This document shows, one piece after another, positions 12,474-25,625 of a stretch of 64,000 nt of DNA. A program made the position numbers and the translations under genes. The stretch spans positions 61,814,001-61,878,000 of the forward strand of contig OX597822.1 in assembly GCA_951406725.2 (NCBI GenBank), written 5' to 3'. Within the stretch, counting starts at the first letter, position 1. Each line of letters begins with the position of its first letter. The stretch is from Octopus vulgaris. Lineage: Eukaryota. The notes under the pieces were generated by a model. That model had not been told where the DNA came from. It was given only the letters and a program-made list of their open reading frames with translations, and did no database searches.

Positions 12474-13359
12474 TAAATATATATGGGCAACAGACACGAA
12501 CACACATACGTACGTACACCTATTGCATGTTTTGTGCACACATACATGTTCATAAACAGAAATGAATGGAAAAAATGTTGTTAAATTTGTAGATTAACAC
12601 TTGCACAATTTTCACTAAGAAAAAAATTCGTTTTTTGCGTGGAATCAACTACTCTGGCCTCAAAACCCTTTTTGTGGTCCGTGAAACGGAGTGAGGTGTG
12701 GTGGAAGCCTCGCAAATTGTATCCATTTATAGTGTGTAATTCACTGACAATTGTTACTCACCTCTTTGTTTCTTTGTTGTTAAATAAATGGATTGTCAAC
12801 AAAACACTTTTTTACTCGGCGTAAAATAAAAACAAAACTCTTTCGCACCCAAAATAATGAGTGTGAGAGAGAGAGGTGGGGGAGAAAGATAAACGATTTA
12901 AAATAAATAAATGATTTAAAATAAATATATTGTTATTGTTGTGTGAGAAAGTATATGTACTATGATTATAAAGTATAGCGTCTTTCAAAAACCAAAAAAC
13001 AAAACATTTTACATTTTATTTTTTATGAACGTCATAACTTACTCTCTCTCTCTCTCTCCTTCTCTCACTTTGTCTTTCCCGTGAAACTCTCTGCCTCCTT
13101 CTTCCACTTTTCTTTATCTTATTTTTTTTGTTAGACGCCATCAAAAAGTAATCATATCTATAAAAGGGAGGATGTGTGTGCGTGTGTGTGTGTGTACGTG
13201 ATTGTAATTTATGCACGTCCGCAAATTAGCACGCATGTCGCTCAAATTTTAGGACATTTGTCAACACCCTATCTGGGTTTTGTCAACTTATTTTTTCCCC
13301 GAGGTACCCGCGGATAGGGCAAAAATCTATTTTCAACCAAAGAGCTTGTGACAAAACAA

Positions 13360-14456
<1,097 letters not shown>

Positions 14457-17427
14457 CAATCAAGCCTTATGCATAGCACTTACGGAAACACACCTGAAAC
14501 CGGACATAGCAGACGAGGAAATACACATACCACAGTATGTTGTACTACGGACCGACAGAAAAGGAAGGAGTCATGGAGGAGTTGCTATGTACATCCGTGA
14601 GGACCTCACACCCAAGGTCCTTTTGTCATACTCAAATTCGGTGTGTAACACACTAATTGTACATATAAGGCAACTTGGTGTAGTTATATGTGCTACATAT
14701 CGCCCTCCAGATGCCCCAAGCCATGTAGGCAAGTTTGAAGACTGCCTTATAAAAATAGTTCTAGTCACATTAGAACAACACATAAGTGTACTTCTTATGG
14801 GAGACTTCAATCTACCCAATGTCAGATGGCCCGAGGGCCTTTCTCTCCCAGGAATGACACGATGTGAACGAGGACAGGTGAGGTCCCTCCTGAACCTCAT
14901 CAACACTCTGTACATGGAACAAGTAATACTCCAACCAGCCAGGGCAGGTAACATACTGGATCTCTGCTTCACAAATAATATGGATCTCATCCATAATGTG
15001 AAAGTGACACCGACACTACTCTCAGATCACAACATGGTAGAGCTGACCATGTACGGGCCAAAGGAAAGCATGGACATGCAGCCTACAAGAAACTCTCAGA
15101 ATCTTTCCAGCCTGAACTTCCATAAGGAAAACTGGAAACAAATTGCGAAAGAGATCCTCAAACAAAACTGGCCTGAATGTCAATCCTCGCCAGACATCGA
15201 CATGAAACTTCAACAATTCACGTCTGTAATGCAAGCCGTATGCTACAAATGTGTCCCAGAGAGAAAGGCCACTGTACACAAGAGCAAAATCCCCAGAGAG
15301 AGGAAAATTATAATGAGACGGCGTACAAAAGTTTCAAATCGCCTAAACAAACAGATTGAAAGCAGTGAAAAGTCCCGCCTGAAAATAAAACTGTTGCAAA
15401 TTGAAAAATGTCTGCAACTCTCCCATGAAAAAGAAAGAGCAGGCAAAGAAGCCTGGGCTATAGACAACATAAAATCTAACCCCAGAGTTTTCTACAGGTA
15501 TGCCAAAGAAACAGCTACGGTGCACTGTAGGATAGGGCCACTCCTTGAAAAGGATGGCACACTCACAGGAAATCCAATGAGGGTAAGTGAAATACTAAAT
15601 GAGCAATTCAAGAGTATTTTCACTCCACCCCTAGGGCATTTTCAAGTCAGCAATCCAACTGACTTCTTTACCACTGCAGATATAAAATCAGAGGCAGCGA
15701 TGATTGATTACATCAATATAAAGAAGACGATGTAATAAAGGCTATTGATGAAATGAAAACAAACTCAGCTACTGGCCCTGATGGATTCCCAGCAATCCTT
15801 CTAAAAGAATATAAGAGAGTCCTAGCAAGACCACTGCAGTTCCTCTTTCAGAGCTTCCTTGCAACTGGCAAACTTCCAAGAAAACTGAAGGAAGGTAAAA
15901 TATGCCCTATTCCTAAAGGAGGTAGCAGAGCGGAGGCCAAGAACTATAGACCTATCTCTCTGACCTCACACATCAGCAAGATCATGGAACGAATAGTCAG
16001 AAGGAAACTAATCACCTTCCTTGAAGAAAATGACTTGCTGCCTGACACCCAACATGGTTTCCGACCAGGAAGAAGCTGCTTAACTCAGCTCCTACAACTG
16101 GGTGCTGAAACGACTGCCCAACCACTCAAATGTGGAAGTCATATATCTCGACTTTGCAAAGTCCTTTGATAAAGTCGATCATGGAATGATATGTCACAAA
16201 CTGCGTGATCTTGGCATAGTTGGGAAATTGGGAGAATGGCTTCATGACTTTCTGAAGTATAGAAGTCAGGTGGTTGTAGCCAATGGGGCCACTTCCATTA
16301 ACACGCAAATAGTGAGCGGTGTTCCGCAAGGCACTGTTCTGGGACCACTACTGTTCACAATGGCCCTCTCAGACATGCCCTCAGCCACGCAGAGAGCCAC
16401 GATCACAAGTTATGCAGATGATACAAAAGTTTCACAGGCAATACAGAACCCTGAAGACACTAAGCACCTGCAATGTGAGCTGGACAAAATATACAAGTGG
16501 GGTGAAAAGAATAGCATGCAGTTCAATGCTGAAAAGTTTCAAGCTTTATACTATCAGCATGCAAAACTGAATGCAATACCCAATAAATACACTGGACCTG
16601 GAGGGATTGCAATCCCAGAGGCACAATCAGTGCGAGACCTATTCATTGCCAATTTAGACCTGGGTATTTACATGAGTGATGATGCAACCTTTCATGTGCA
16701 TGTTGCTAAATTGGCAATGAAATGTAGGCGGCTGACCGGATGGATTCTTAGAACCTTTAGAACAAGAGACCAGGAAACCATGATGGTCCTCTGGAGGACA
16801 CTTGTCCTAAGTCACTTTGACTATTGCTCTCAGCTATGGTCACCATCCAGTGTCAAGTTAATCACAGAACTTGAGGCGATCCAACGAAGCTACACGAAGA
16901 AGATAGCCTCTGTGTAGCGTATAAGCTATTGGGAAAGACTCAAGAGATTGAGACTCTATTCCTTAGAGCGTAGGCGAGAAAGATATGCCATAATATACAT
17001 CTGGAAGATCCTAGAAGGACTTGTCCCAAACTTTGGCATCGAGAGTTACACAAATGCCAGAACTGGGCGCCACTACATAGTGCCAAGGACTCCAAATTTG
17101 CCATCAAGATGTAGGACAAGATACTGTAATAGCCTGGCCTTCCGAGGCCCACAGCTCTTCAATATTCTCCCGAAGAACCTAAGAGACATGCATGGGGTGG
17201 ATGCAGATGTCTTTAAAATGAAACTGGATCTCTTCTTGTCAGGTATCCCAGATGAACCAACTTCACGGCAGGAGGTGCAGATGAGGGCAGCTGCATCGAA
17301 CTCTCTCATGCACCAGATGGCATTTGCTAAAAAGCATTCGTGAAGTAAAATCATGTAGCAACACCAAATGACGGTGCCCCAGCACGGCCACAGCTTGGGA
17401 GCTGAAACTAAATAAAATAAAATAAAA
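14457..17427 (+). mobile_element. CR1-group LINE copy B, inserted in the PLE pseudo-LTR
   Basis: Endonuclease motifs (GGVAMYI, YRPP, GDFNLP, SDH) plus RT, with frameshifts and stops. (TAAAA)n tail; candidate TSD TAAATG at 14451-14456 and 17428-17433. Confidence 0.93.
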
Positions 17428-17433
17428 ATAAAT

Positions 17434-17506
17434 GAGTGGAAATTTTACCGGTGAGTGTGTTAAATCATAAGACACTAAAAGAGATTGACTCTCCGCAGAC
17501 ACAGCA

Positions 17507-17510
<4 letters not shown>
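17434..17510 (+). repeat. Remainder of the PLE family 2 pseudo-LTR
   Basis: Joins seamlessly to 14456 when compared with the inverted copy at 5695-5810. Confidence 0.75.
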
Positions 17511-17581
<71 letters not shown>

Positions 17582-17583
17582 TA

Positions 17584-17860
17584 CAAACATAAAAGGGATA
17601 CCCGAAGAATAGGATATCTGACTCGCTAGAAAGAGCAGTCAAAATCTCCAAGCCACCAATTGTTGTAATTCCGAAAGTGATTGGAAAATAAAAACGTTCT
17701 AGCGAGTCAGATATCCTATTCTTCGGGTATCTCTTTTATGTTTGAATGTACACTGTATTATTCTCTGAATAATATATAGTCTATTGGCTAGTTTTTTCTC
17801 GCTAGACCACTGGTAACTAAGAATTTTTCGATAAATATTCTTGTTACCCTAAGTTTTTAT
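17584..17860. repeat. Fold-back element: 48-bp arms, 65-nt spacer, extension
   Basis: 17584-17631 is the reverse complement of 17697-17744. Confidence 0.8.
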
Positions 17861-17869
17861 ATATATACT

Positions 17870-18280
17870 CTCTCTTTACTCTTTTACTTGTTTCAGTCAT
17901 TTGACTGCGGCCATGCTGGAGCACCGCCTTTAATCGAGCAAATCGATTCCGGGACTTATTCTTTTGTAAGCCCAGTACTTATTCTATCGGTCTCTTTTGC
18001 CGAACCGCTAAGTAACGGGGACATAAACACACCAGCATCGGTTGTCAAGTAATTCTAGGGGGACAAACACAGACACACAAACACACAGACGCATAAATAT
18101 ATATATACATATAAACGACGGGCTTCTTTCAGTTTCCGTCTACCAAATCCACTCACAAGGCTTTGGTCGGCCCGAGGCTATTGTAGAAGACACTTGCCCA
18201 AGGTGCCACATAGTGGCACTGAACCCGGAACCATGTGGTTGGTAAACAAGCTACTTACCACACAGCCACTCCTGCGCCTA
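17870..18280 (-). mobile_element. SINE family 1, full length (tRNA-like head, internal microsatellite, LINE-like tail)
   Basis: Head ggcgcaggagtggctgtgtggtaag...ggttcagt and tail ggcggtgctccagcatggccgcagtcaaatgactgaaac. Confidence 0.88.
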
Positions 18281-18476
18281 TATATATATATATATATATA
18301 TAAACATATACATACATATATATACACACACACACATTATTCAGGTTCGTTTACAGGGAACATTTTGAATGTGCATATAAATGCTGTTATTCTATTATGC
18401 CGACTATAGCCTAATGATACCAACTGGCGATAGCAGTTTTTGGGGTCGCACCGACCTGTGCTGATATAATGTAGGG

Positions 18477-18513
<37 letters not shown>

Positions 18514-19209
18514 GGATGTACACATATATACGTTCTTATTTCTTTCTTCCTTCCTTGGGTCCTCAGTGACTGATGGAATCGTAGAGACAACGTCTGGGGC
18601 ATCATACATTTGGAAATCTAGCAAAAACGGACACTCTACAGGGCCGAACACAGCCATTTCCTTTCGGGCTGAAAGAGAAAGAAAAAGAAAAATAGAGACG
18701 AGCAAACGAAAACGGAAAACAGTTTGCTAAATATCAGGACAACAATTTTATCTAAATAACCATAAACGTTTCATCATCAGCTACTCTATTGGGAATCATT
18801 ATAGTTTCGACATCGAGCATACTTTCAAAGTAATGGTGTCAACACCGTCAAAAAAATATTTAATCGCTACAGACTTAACATACATGCATACGCACGCACA
18901 CACAACCACATACACACACACACACACACACCACACACACACACATGCACACATAATTATTAGCAGCTAAAATACATTACAATATATCATGAAGCAAACG
19001 TCAAACTGGTGCTTAATAAACGAAATTGAAAATTAGCAAGCAATAAACAAACTTTAAAGTGTTGTCTGTTAAACGTTTGGATAAATGATTTCTAAAACAG
19101 GGTTAAATACAATGAAAAAGATATAACATTGGTGTTAATTATACAATAAATCAATTAAAATTTCAATCAGTGTAAAAAATAAAGCACAAAATAAACATCC
19201 ATAATTAAT

Positions 19210-19415
19210 TAGGCTGTGTGGTAAGTTTCCCAACCAAAAGTTTCCGTGTTCAGGCACACTGCGTGACACTTTGGGTATGTGTTTTGTGTCATAATCCTGG
19301 GCCGACCAAAACCTTTTGAATGAACTCGGGTGGCGAAAACTGAAAGGAACCCGTCGTATGTGTGTGTGTGTATTACGTACGTATATGTGTGTATGTATAT
19401 TTATATATACATGTA

Positions 19416-19485
<70 letters not shown>

Positions 19486-19725
19486 GGTAGGTATGTATGT
19501 ATGTATGTATGTATGTATAAAAGTATGTATACATTTATATGCGTCTTGTGTTCCTGTTTGTCCCCACTAACTTTTGAAACCAGTGTTGGTCTGTTTACGT
19601 CTCTGTAACTTAGCGATTCAGCAAAAAAAAGCGTTAGAATAAGTACCAGGCTTAGAAAAAGGACTGGGGCCGATTTGTTCAACTAAACCTTTCTAGGCAG
19701 TGCCTAAAACATGTAAAATATAAAA
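19210..19725 (+). mobile_element. SINE family 1, diverged
   Basis: Similarity to other copies. Confidence 0.75.
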
Positions 19726-21174
19726 ACAGAAATGGTCAAGCTAACACATGTTGAATACAAGAAAACCAGCTCGATAACTGACCGTTTTCATCACAGCTCA
19801 ACTTCGAAAGAAACATTTTAGCCGTTCCACAAGAATATGTGGTGATAGACTCAAGACAAGTTAAACACTTAATTATTGACTTGCCGAACATCAAAAGACC
19901 GTTACAAACATATGTACGTCGAACAAACACAGTAAGACGGTGGTTGTAATAAACATCAGAGATGCTTTGTTCCACGAAGAAACTTCACGAAGAAACTACT
20001 TAATGATAGTGCGAGCTCTTCTTATAGTGGTGACTAAAATCATCTCAATGCTGGAAATCCTTCCGTATCATTTGCAGGTATCTTATTACAATCGTTTCGC
20101 CGCTTGGCCTGTACGATTCACCTGACTGGGGCAGCTAGGAATGAATTAGAGTTCGCCTACGGAAAGGTTTCATCTGTGGTCTCTTGTCACCTACAACAAC
20201 CTTGAACTGGTTTAAGCTACCATACTTGTTTCCATGGTGACTTTCTTTAGTTGTTCGGGTTCCGAACTAATTTTCTGTTGGATATGGAGCACCTATTCGA
20301 CTGGAAAACCGAGGCGACCGGCTTCATTAGGATATGAGATTGTGTACCGTCTTTTAACAAGTACCACATCAACAAAATTCTGATGTTTGGCGTCTTTAGT
20401 TTGTAAAAAATCTCAAGACTGTTTACCTAGAACACAGATAAAACAATTAGTAAATACTACATGGAGGCTTAATATTAAATTGCAAACTTGAAATAACCTC
20501 ATTTTAAAATAAATCATAATGATTGTCCAAGCAACAATGAAAGTTTTTTTTTTTAATTAATAATATATTGTAACCCTTGTTTCATCACTTATTTCACTGT
20601 CTATAAATAAACAGCGTTTATATTACGACCGTATCTCGTAATCTTTTGTTTAGACTGCATAAAAGATAAATGTCAGCCGGAAACAATTAAAGATAAATGT
20701 CAACTGGAAACACAAAGGTGAGCATTATAATAAAATACACATGATTAATAACGCTGGGAAAAGATGCATAAGGAAATTAATGAAATGAGCAGTTTGAGGA
20801 TTATGTGTGAGAACAGAATTACAGGGGATGGTTAGGTCAGTCTGATAGGAAAATTCAAAGAATGAAAAGAAGATACATGTAGAAAGAACGCGTTTGTGAG
20901 AAAGAGGAAAAGAGTGGGACGATGTGTGTGTGTGGGGGGGGGGCGTGTGGATAATAATGAGGCAATTATTAAGATTGATTTGTATCTATATACTATTGTT
21001 ACACATTTTACATAATTTTATCTTCTCTTAATTCCTTCATATTTGTCTTTATTTTTACAATTTCTCTAATAATTAATTCTAGTCTTTATGTATTTAGATA
21101 TTTATAGCCAGTGTTGGGGTTGACACTCTACATTAAAAGTTAGAGACAATTCTGGATATAGTCATATGATATAT

Positions 21175-21533
21175 AACTTAGATAACTTACATTGGTTTTG
21201 GCCATTATCGGCCCAGGCCATGACTAACTCAATAGCACCTCATGGAAAATTCTTTTAGTTAATTATTTAAGGACACCATGGACTATTCAAGCAGAACGTT
21301 GTTGTTAGTTGAGACGTAGGTGGTTTATGCAGTATTTCCTGGAGGAATTTGTCCAGGTATCGTTTGAAAGTCGTGGGGGTCTTTTTCTCCTTTAATTTCT
21401 TTCGGGATAACATTGAAAAGATCAGGACCATTTGCAGTGAAGAAATTGTGCCGCAATGTTCTTATGTGATGTGATCTCGACCTTTGCAGGGGACGCATTG
21501 CACGGGGGCCTAGTCTTGGTTGAATTGTAGCCA
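21175..21533 (-). mobile_element. 3' end of older CR1-group LINE, same group as 57353-59130
   Basis: QPRLGPRAMRP...HNFFTANGPDLFNVIPKEIK; terminus catggcctgggcc....tggccaaaacc. Confidence 0.75.
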
Positions 21534-21698
21534 GGTGCAGGAGTGGCTGTGTGATAAGTAGCTTGCTTCCCAACCACATGGTTCCGGGTTCAGTCCCACT
21601 GCGTGGCACCTTGGGCAAGTGTCTACTACTATAGCCTCGGGCCGACCAAAGCCTTGTGAGTGGATTTGGTAGACGGAAACTGAAAGAAGCACGTCGTA

Positions 21699-21745
<47 letters not shown>

Positions 21746-22292
21746 TCGTGTGTGTGTTTGTGTGTCTGTTTTTGTCCACCCACCAACCCAACATCGCTTG
21801 ACAACCGATGATGGTGTGTTTACGTCACCGTAACTTAGCGGTTCGGCAAAAGCGACCGATAGCATAAGTACTAAGCTTAAAAAGAACAAGTCCTGGGGTC
21901 GATTTGTTCGACTAAAGGCGGTGCTCCAGCATGGCCGCAGTCAAATGACTGGAGCACCGCCTTTAGTCGAGCAAATCGACCCCAGGACTTATTCTTTGCA
22001 AGTCTTGTACTTATGATATCGGTCTCTTTTGCCGAACCGCTAAGTTACGGTGATGTAAACACACCAGCATCGGTTGTCAAGCGATGCTGGGGGACAAATA
22101 TATACACACACATACATATATTTATACTTATGTACGACAGGCTTCTTTCAGTTTCTGTGTACCAAATCCACTCACAAGGCTTTGGTCGGCCCGAGGTTAT
22201 AGTAGCAAACACTTGCCCAAGGTGCCACGCAGTGGGAATGAACCCAGAACCATGTGGTTGGTAAGCTACTTACCACACAGTCACTCCTGCGC
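21532..22292. mobile_element. Tail-to-tail inverted pair of SINE family 1
   Basis: Plus copy 21532-21950 and minus copy 21949-22292; junction ...ctccagcatggccgcagtcaaatgactggagcaccgcc... Confidence 0.88.
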
Positions 22293-22548
22293 ATCATGGC
22301 CAGTTCAAAATGCCCGCCGTTTAATTCCATGTGAGATGTGGTCAAAATATCGCCGCAGTAAATGCAATGACGAAATAAATTTAAATTTATATAAATAAGG
22401 ATAAGATCGTTAATTTAAAAATATAATAACGATTTTATCAAGTGGTCAGCATGGAAAAATTAACCTTCAAAAGTTAATAATTATTAAAATTATAAATTAG
22501 GGTATCTTCGAGATATCACCATGCTCAAAATAGCAGCCATGATCTGAC

Positions 22549-22562
22549 TCTATGTATGTATA

Positions 22563-22618
<56 letters not shown>

Positions 22619-23012
22619 TGAGAATGTGTTTCTGTCTGTCTGTGTGAATCCCTAAAACTTGAGAACTACACAACCAATTTCATTCAAATTTTACACATGC
22701 CTTACTTAGGGTGAAGGTAGTGTCATGGGCAAAAGAAGTTTTAACTTCTTGCCTAGGGCTATATATAATATCTTCTCTACTATTTCAATATTACGTGTCA
22801 AAAGTAAAAGAAAACATCTCTCTATTGTAATGTCAGATACTTACACTTCAATACTGAACCTATTATATAACAGGGATGAACTGTAAATGGATATCCATCC
22901 TCCTAGAAGAAGATCCGCTATAGTCTTATATGCTACACCACTGGTTTTAAATTCATACTAATCAAATTAATATCCAATTTTTCACCCTTGTTATTTTAAA
23001 TTTAAATTTACA

Positions 23013-23044
<32 letters not shown>

Positions 23045-23736
23045 GATGTATACAAATAGATGTATATATATAGATGTATATATATATATGTATATATATA
23101 TATATACATGTATATATATCGATGTATATATATATGCATATATATATATAAATGTATATGTATACATGTATGTGTAGATGTATATATATATACATGTACA
23201 TGTAATATGTACACATATATACATGCATACATATATACACCCATACCCCCCCACACACACACATACATAGGTGCAGGTGTGGCTATGTGGTAACACACTT
23301 GGTTCCAAAACACATAGTCCTCAGTTCAGTCCCACTGTGTGGTAACTTGGCATGTGTCTTCTGCTATAGCCTTAGACCAACCAAAGCAGTGTCAGTGGAT
23401 TTTGTAGACAGAAACTAAAAGAAATCAATTGTATATATATGTATGTATATATGTAAGTCTCTGTGTGTGTCTTTGTGTTTCTCCCTCATCACTGCTGCAA
23501 AACTGGTGTTCGTTTATTTACATCCCCATAACTTACTGGTTTCACAAGAAGAAACTGATACAATAAGTCCCAGGCTTATCAAAATAAAAAAAACACTAGG
23601 TAAAGTCTCATATTTCTGTTTGCCTATTCAGTTGTATCAATCAATTTATCTTTGTGTGTGTGTATACATATATATATATATATATACATATATATGTGGG
23701 GGTGCTTTCGTAGACAGGAACTGAAACAAATCAATC

Positions 23737-23810
<74 letters not shown>

Positions 23811-24106
23811 ATATGTAAGCGTATGTGTGTGTCTTTGTCTCCGTGTTTCGCCCTCATCACCGCATCACAACTGCTGTTCATTTATTTACATCCCTCATAA
23901 CTTACTGGTTTCACAAGAACAAACTAATAAAATAAGTGCCAGGCTTATCAACATAAAAAAATCATTACGCTGTGTCTCATATTTTTGTTTGCTCACTCAG
24001 TTGTATCTATCAATTTAGCTTTGTATGTGTGTGTGTGTGTATCTATATCTATATCTATCTATCTATCTATCTCCCTATCTCTCTCTCTTTATATATATAT
24101 ATATAT

Positions 24107-24137
<31 letters not shown>

Positions 24138-25451
24138 AATATATATATAACACCCTAAAGGGGGGCCTTACCTCCCAAATTTTAGTAATTTCTTTTATGA
24201 TCCAAAATTAGGTCAAATGTACTGAAGGGAAATTTGGAAATTATATTCTATGCATAAGGGCCATAACCCCCATGGCAATTCATATATTTTTGCTGTTGAT
24301 GAAATTTTAACCACGGATATTAAACTCGAATGAAGTAATATTTATAAAATTTCATCTTCTTATAAGTTAGAAAGACCCCTCCATGGGGACTTAACACCCA
24401 CAATTTTATCATTTTATCTAAGCAAAGACGAATACAGTTGTACTCTTGGAAGCTGTAGGGTTACCCGAGCATAAACGATGAGCAATATTTGTATTTCAAT
24501 GGTACCACAGTGTAAAACTTTGCTTTGACATACACTAACATTGTGATTTCTGCAATGTGGTGCATAAATTGTCAAGTAAATGAGAGGCATCTTTGCTTCC
24601 ACTGATTCAGTTGCAAAATGTTGAGTAAAGTTATTTGATTGCAGACCTCCTTTCAGTCTTTTTATTATCACTGGGTCACACATAGTCCCCTTATGGTAAC
24701 ATTGATTTCAAGGCCTTCCCAGATGGGTTACTGGTTATTCAAAGACATTTATAGATTGTAAATTTATTCTGTCTAGTTACGTATCGGTATAGCGTTCATT
24801 TGCAAACTCCAGAAGTGACACTTTCATTTCTCCTTAGCCCTCACGTGACACAGTTGTTAATGTTTATTTCATTTGGGTCACGCCCTTCCAATTGCTATAG
24901 ATTCGTAGTGCATCTTACGGCTGTGCCTGTCACCTGGATGGTGAGAATCCTACATTGGGAGTGGTAGCAACTAGGGTAGAGTAGCTGACTGCTTATTGTG
25001 ATCATTCGTCTTTTGGTTTCCTGTAGCTTTGCTCTCTTTTATAAACCCAGTGAACATATTTTCTATTTCAAAGAAATTCAAACAATAGATATAATACCTA
25101 AATTAAAAAGATTCTCAACAATTCAAGTTCTCTGCTTGACGCTAAGACACCCACCCCCAACAAGGGCCTTAACTCTCACATTTTGGAGCTCCATGACCTT
25201 CATTTTTCTGGTGGAAAATTCTATTAACAGGTTCAATAAGACTGGAATTTTGGAATATGCGTATAAAAATCAGTAGTATGGACTACATGTAGCACGATTA
25301 CAATTTTTTAGGCTGTGTAAAGAGGGAAATAACCCTCATCTGCAATTTTGATAAAATTCGAAATATAGATATTCCAGTTCATTAAAGAAAATATAACAGA
25401 AAAGTCTAATTATTCAATTGCATGTAACACGGGCAACGCCGGGTATCTCTG

Positions 25452-25455
<4 letters not shown>
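22549..25455 (+). mobile_element. Non-autonomous Helitron-like element (~2.9 kb) containing degenerate SINE copies
   Basis: 5' TC-(TA)n-tataaaactgagaatg..ctgtctgtctg; 3' hairpin c.cgggcaacgccggg followed by gCTA. A decayed SINE and its partial tandem duplicate lie at 23268-24030. Confidence 0.6.
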
Positions 25456-25531
<76 letters not shown>

Positions 25532-25625
25532 TATATATGTATATGCATGTATATATATATACATATATATGTGTGTGTGTGTGTGTTATATATATGTATA
25601 TATAAATATATGTATAAATAAATAT

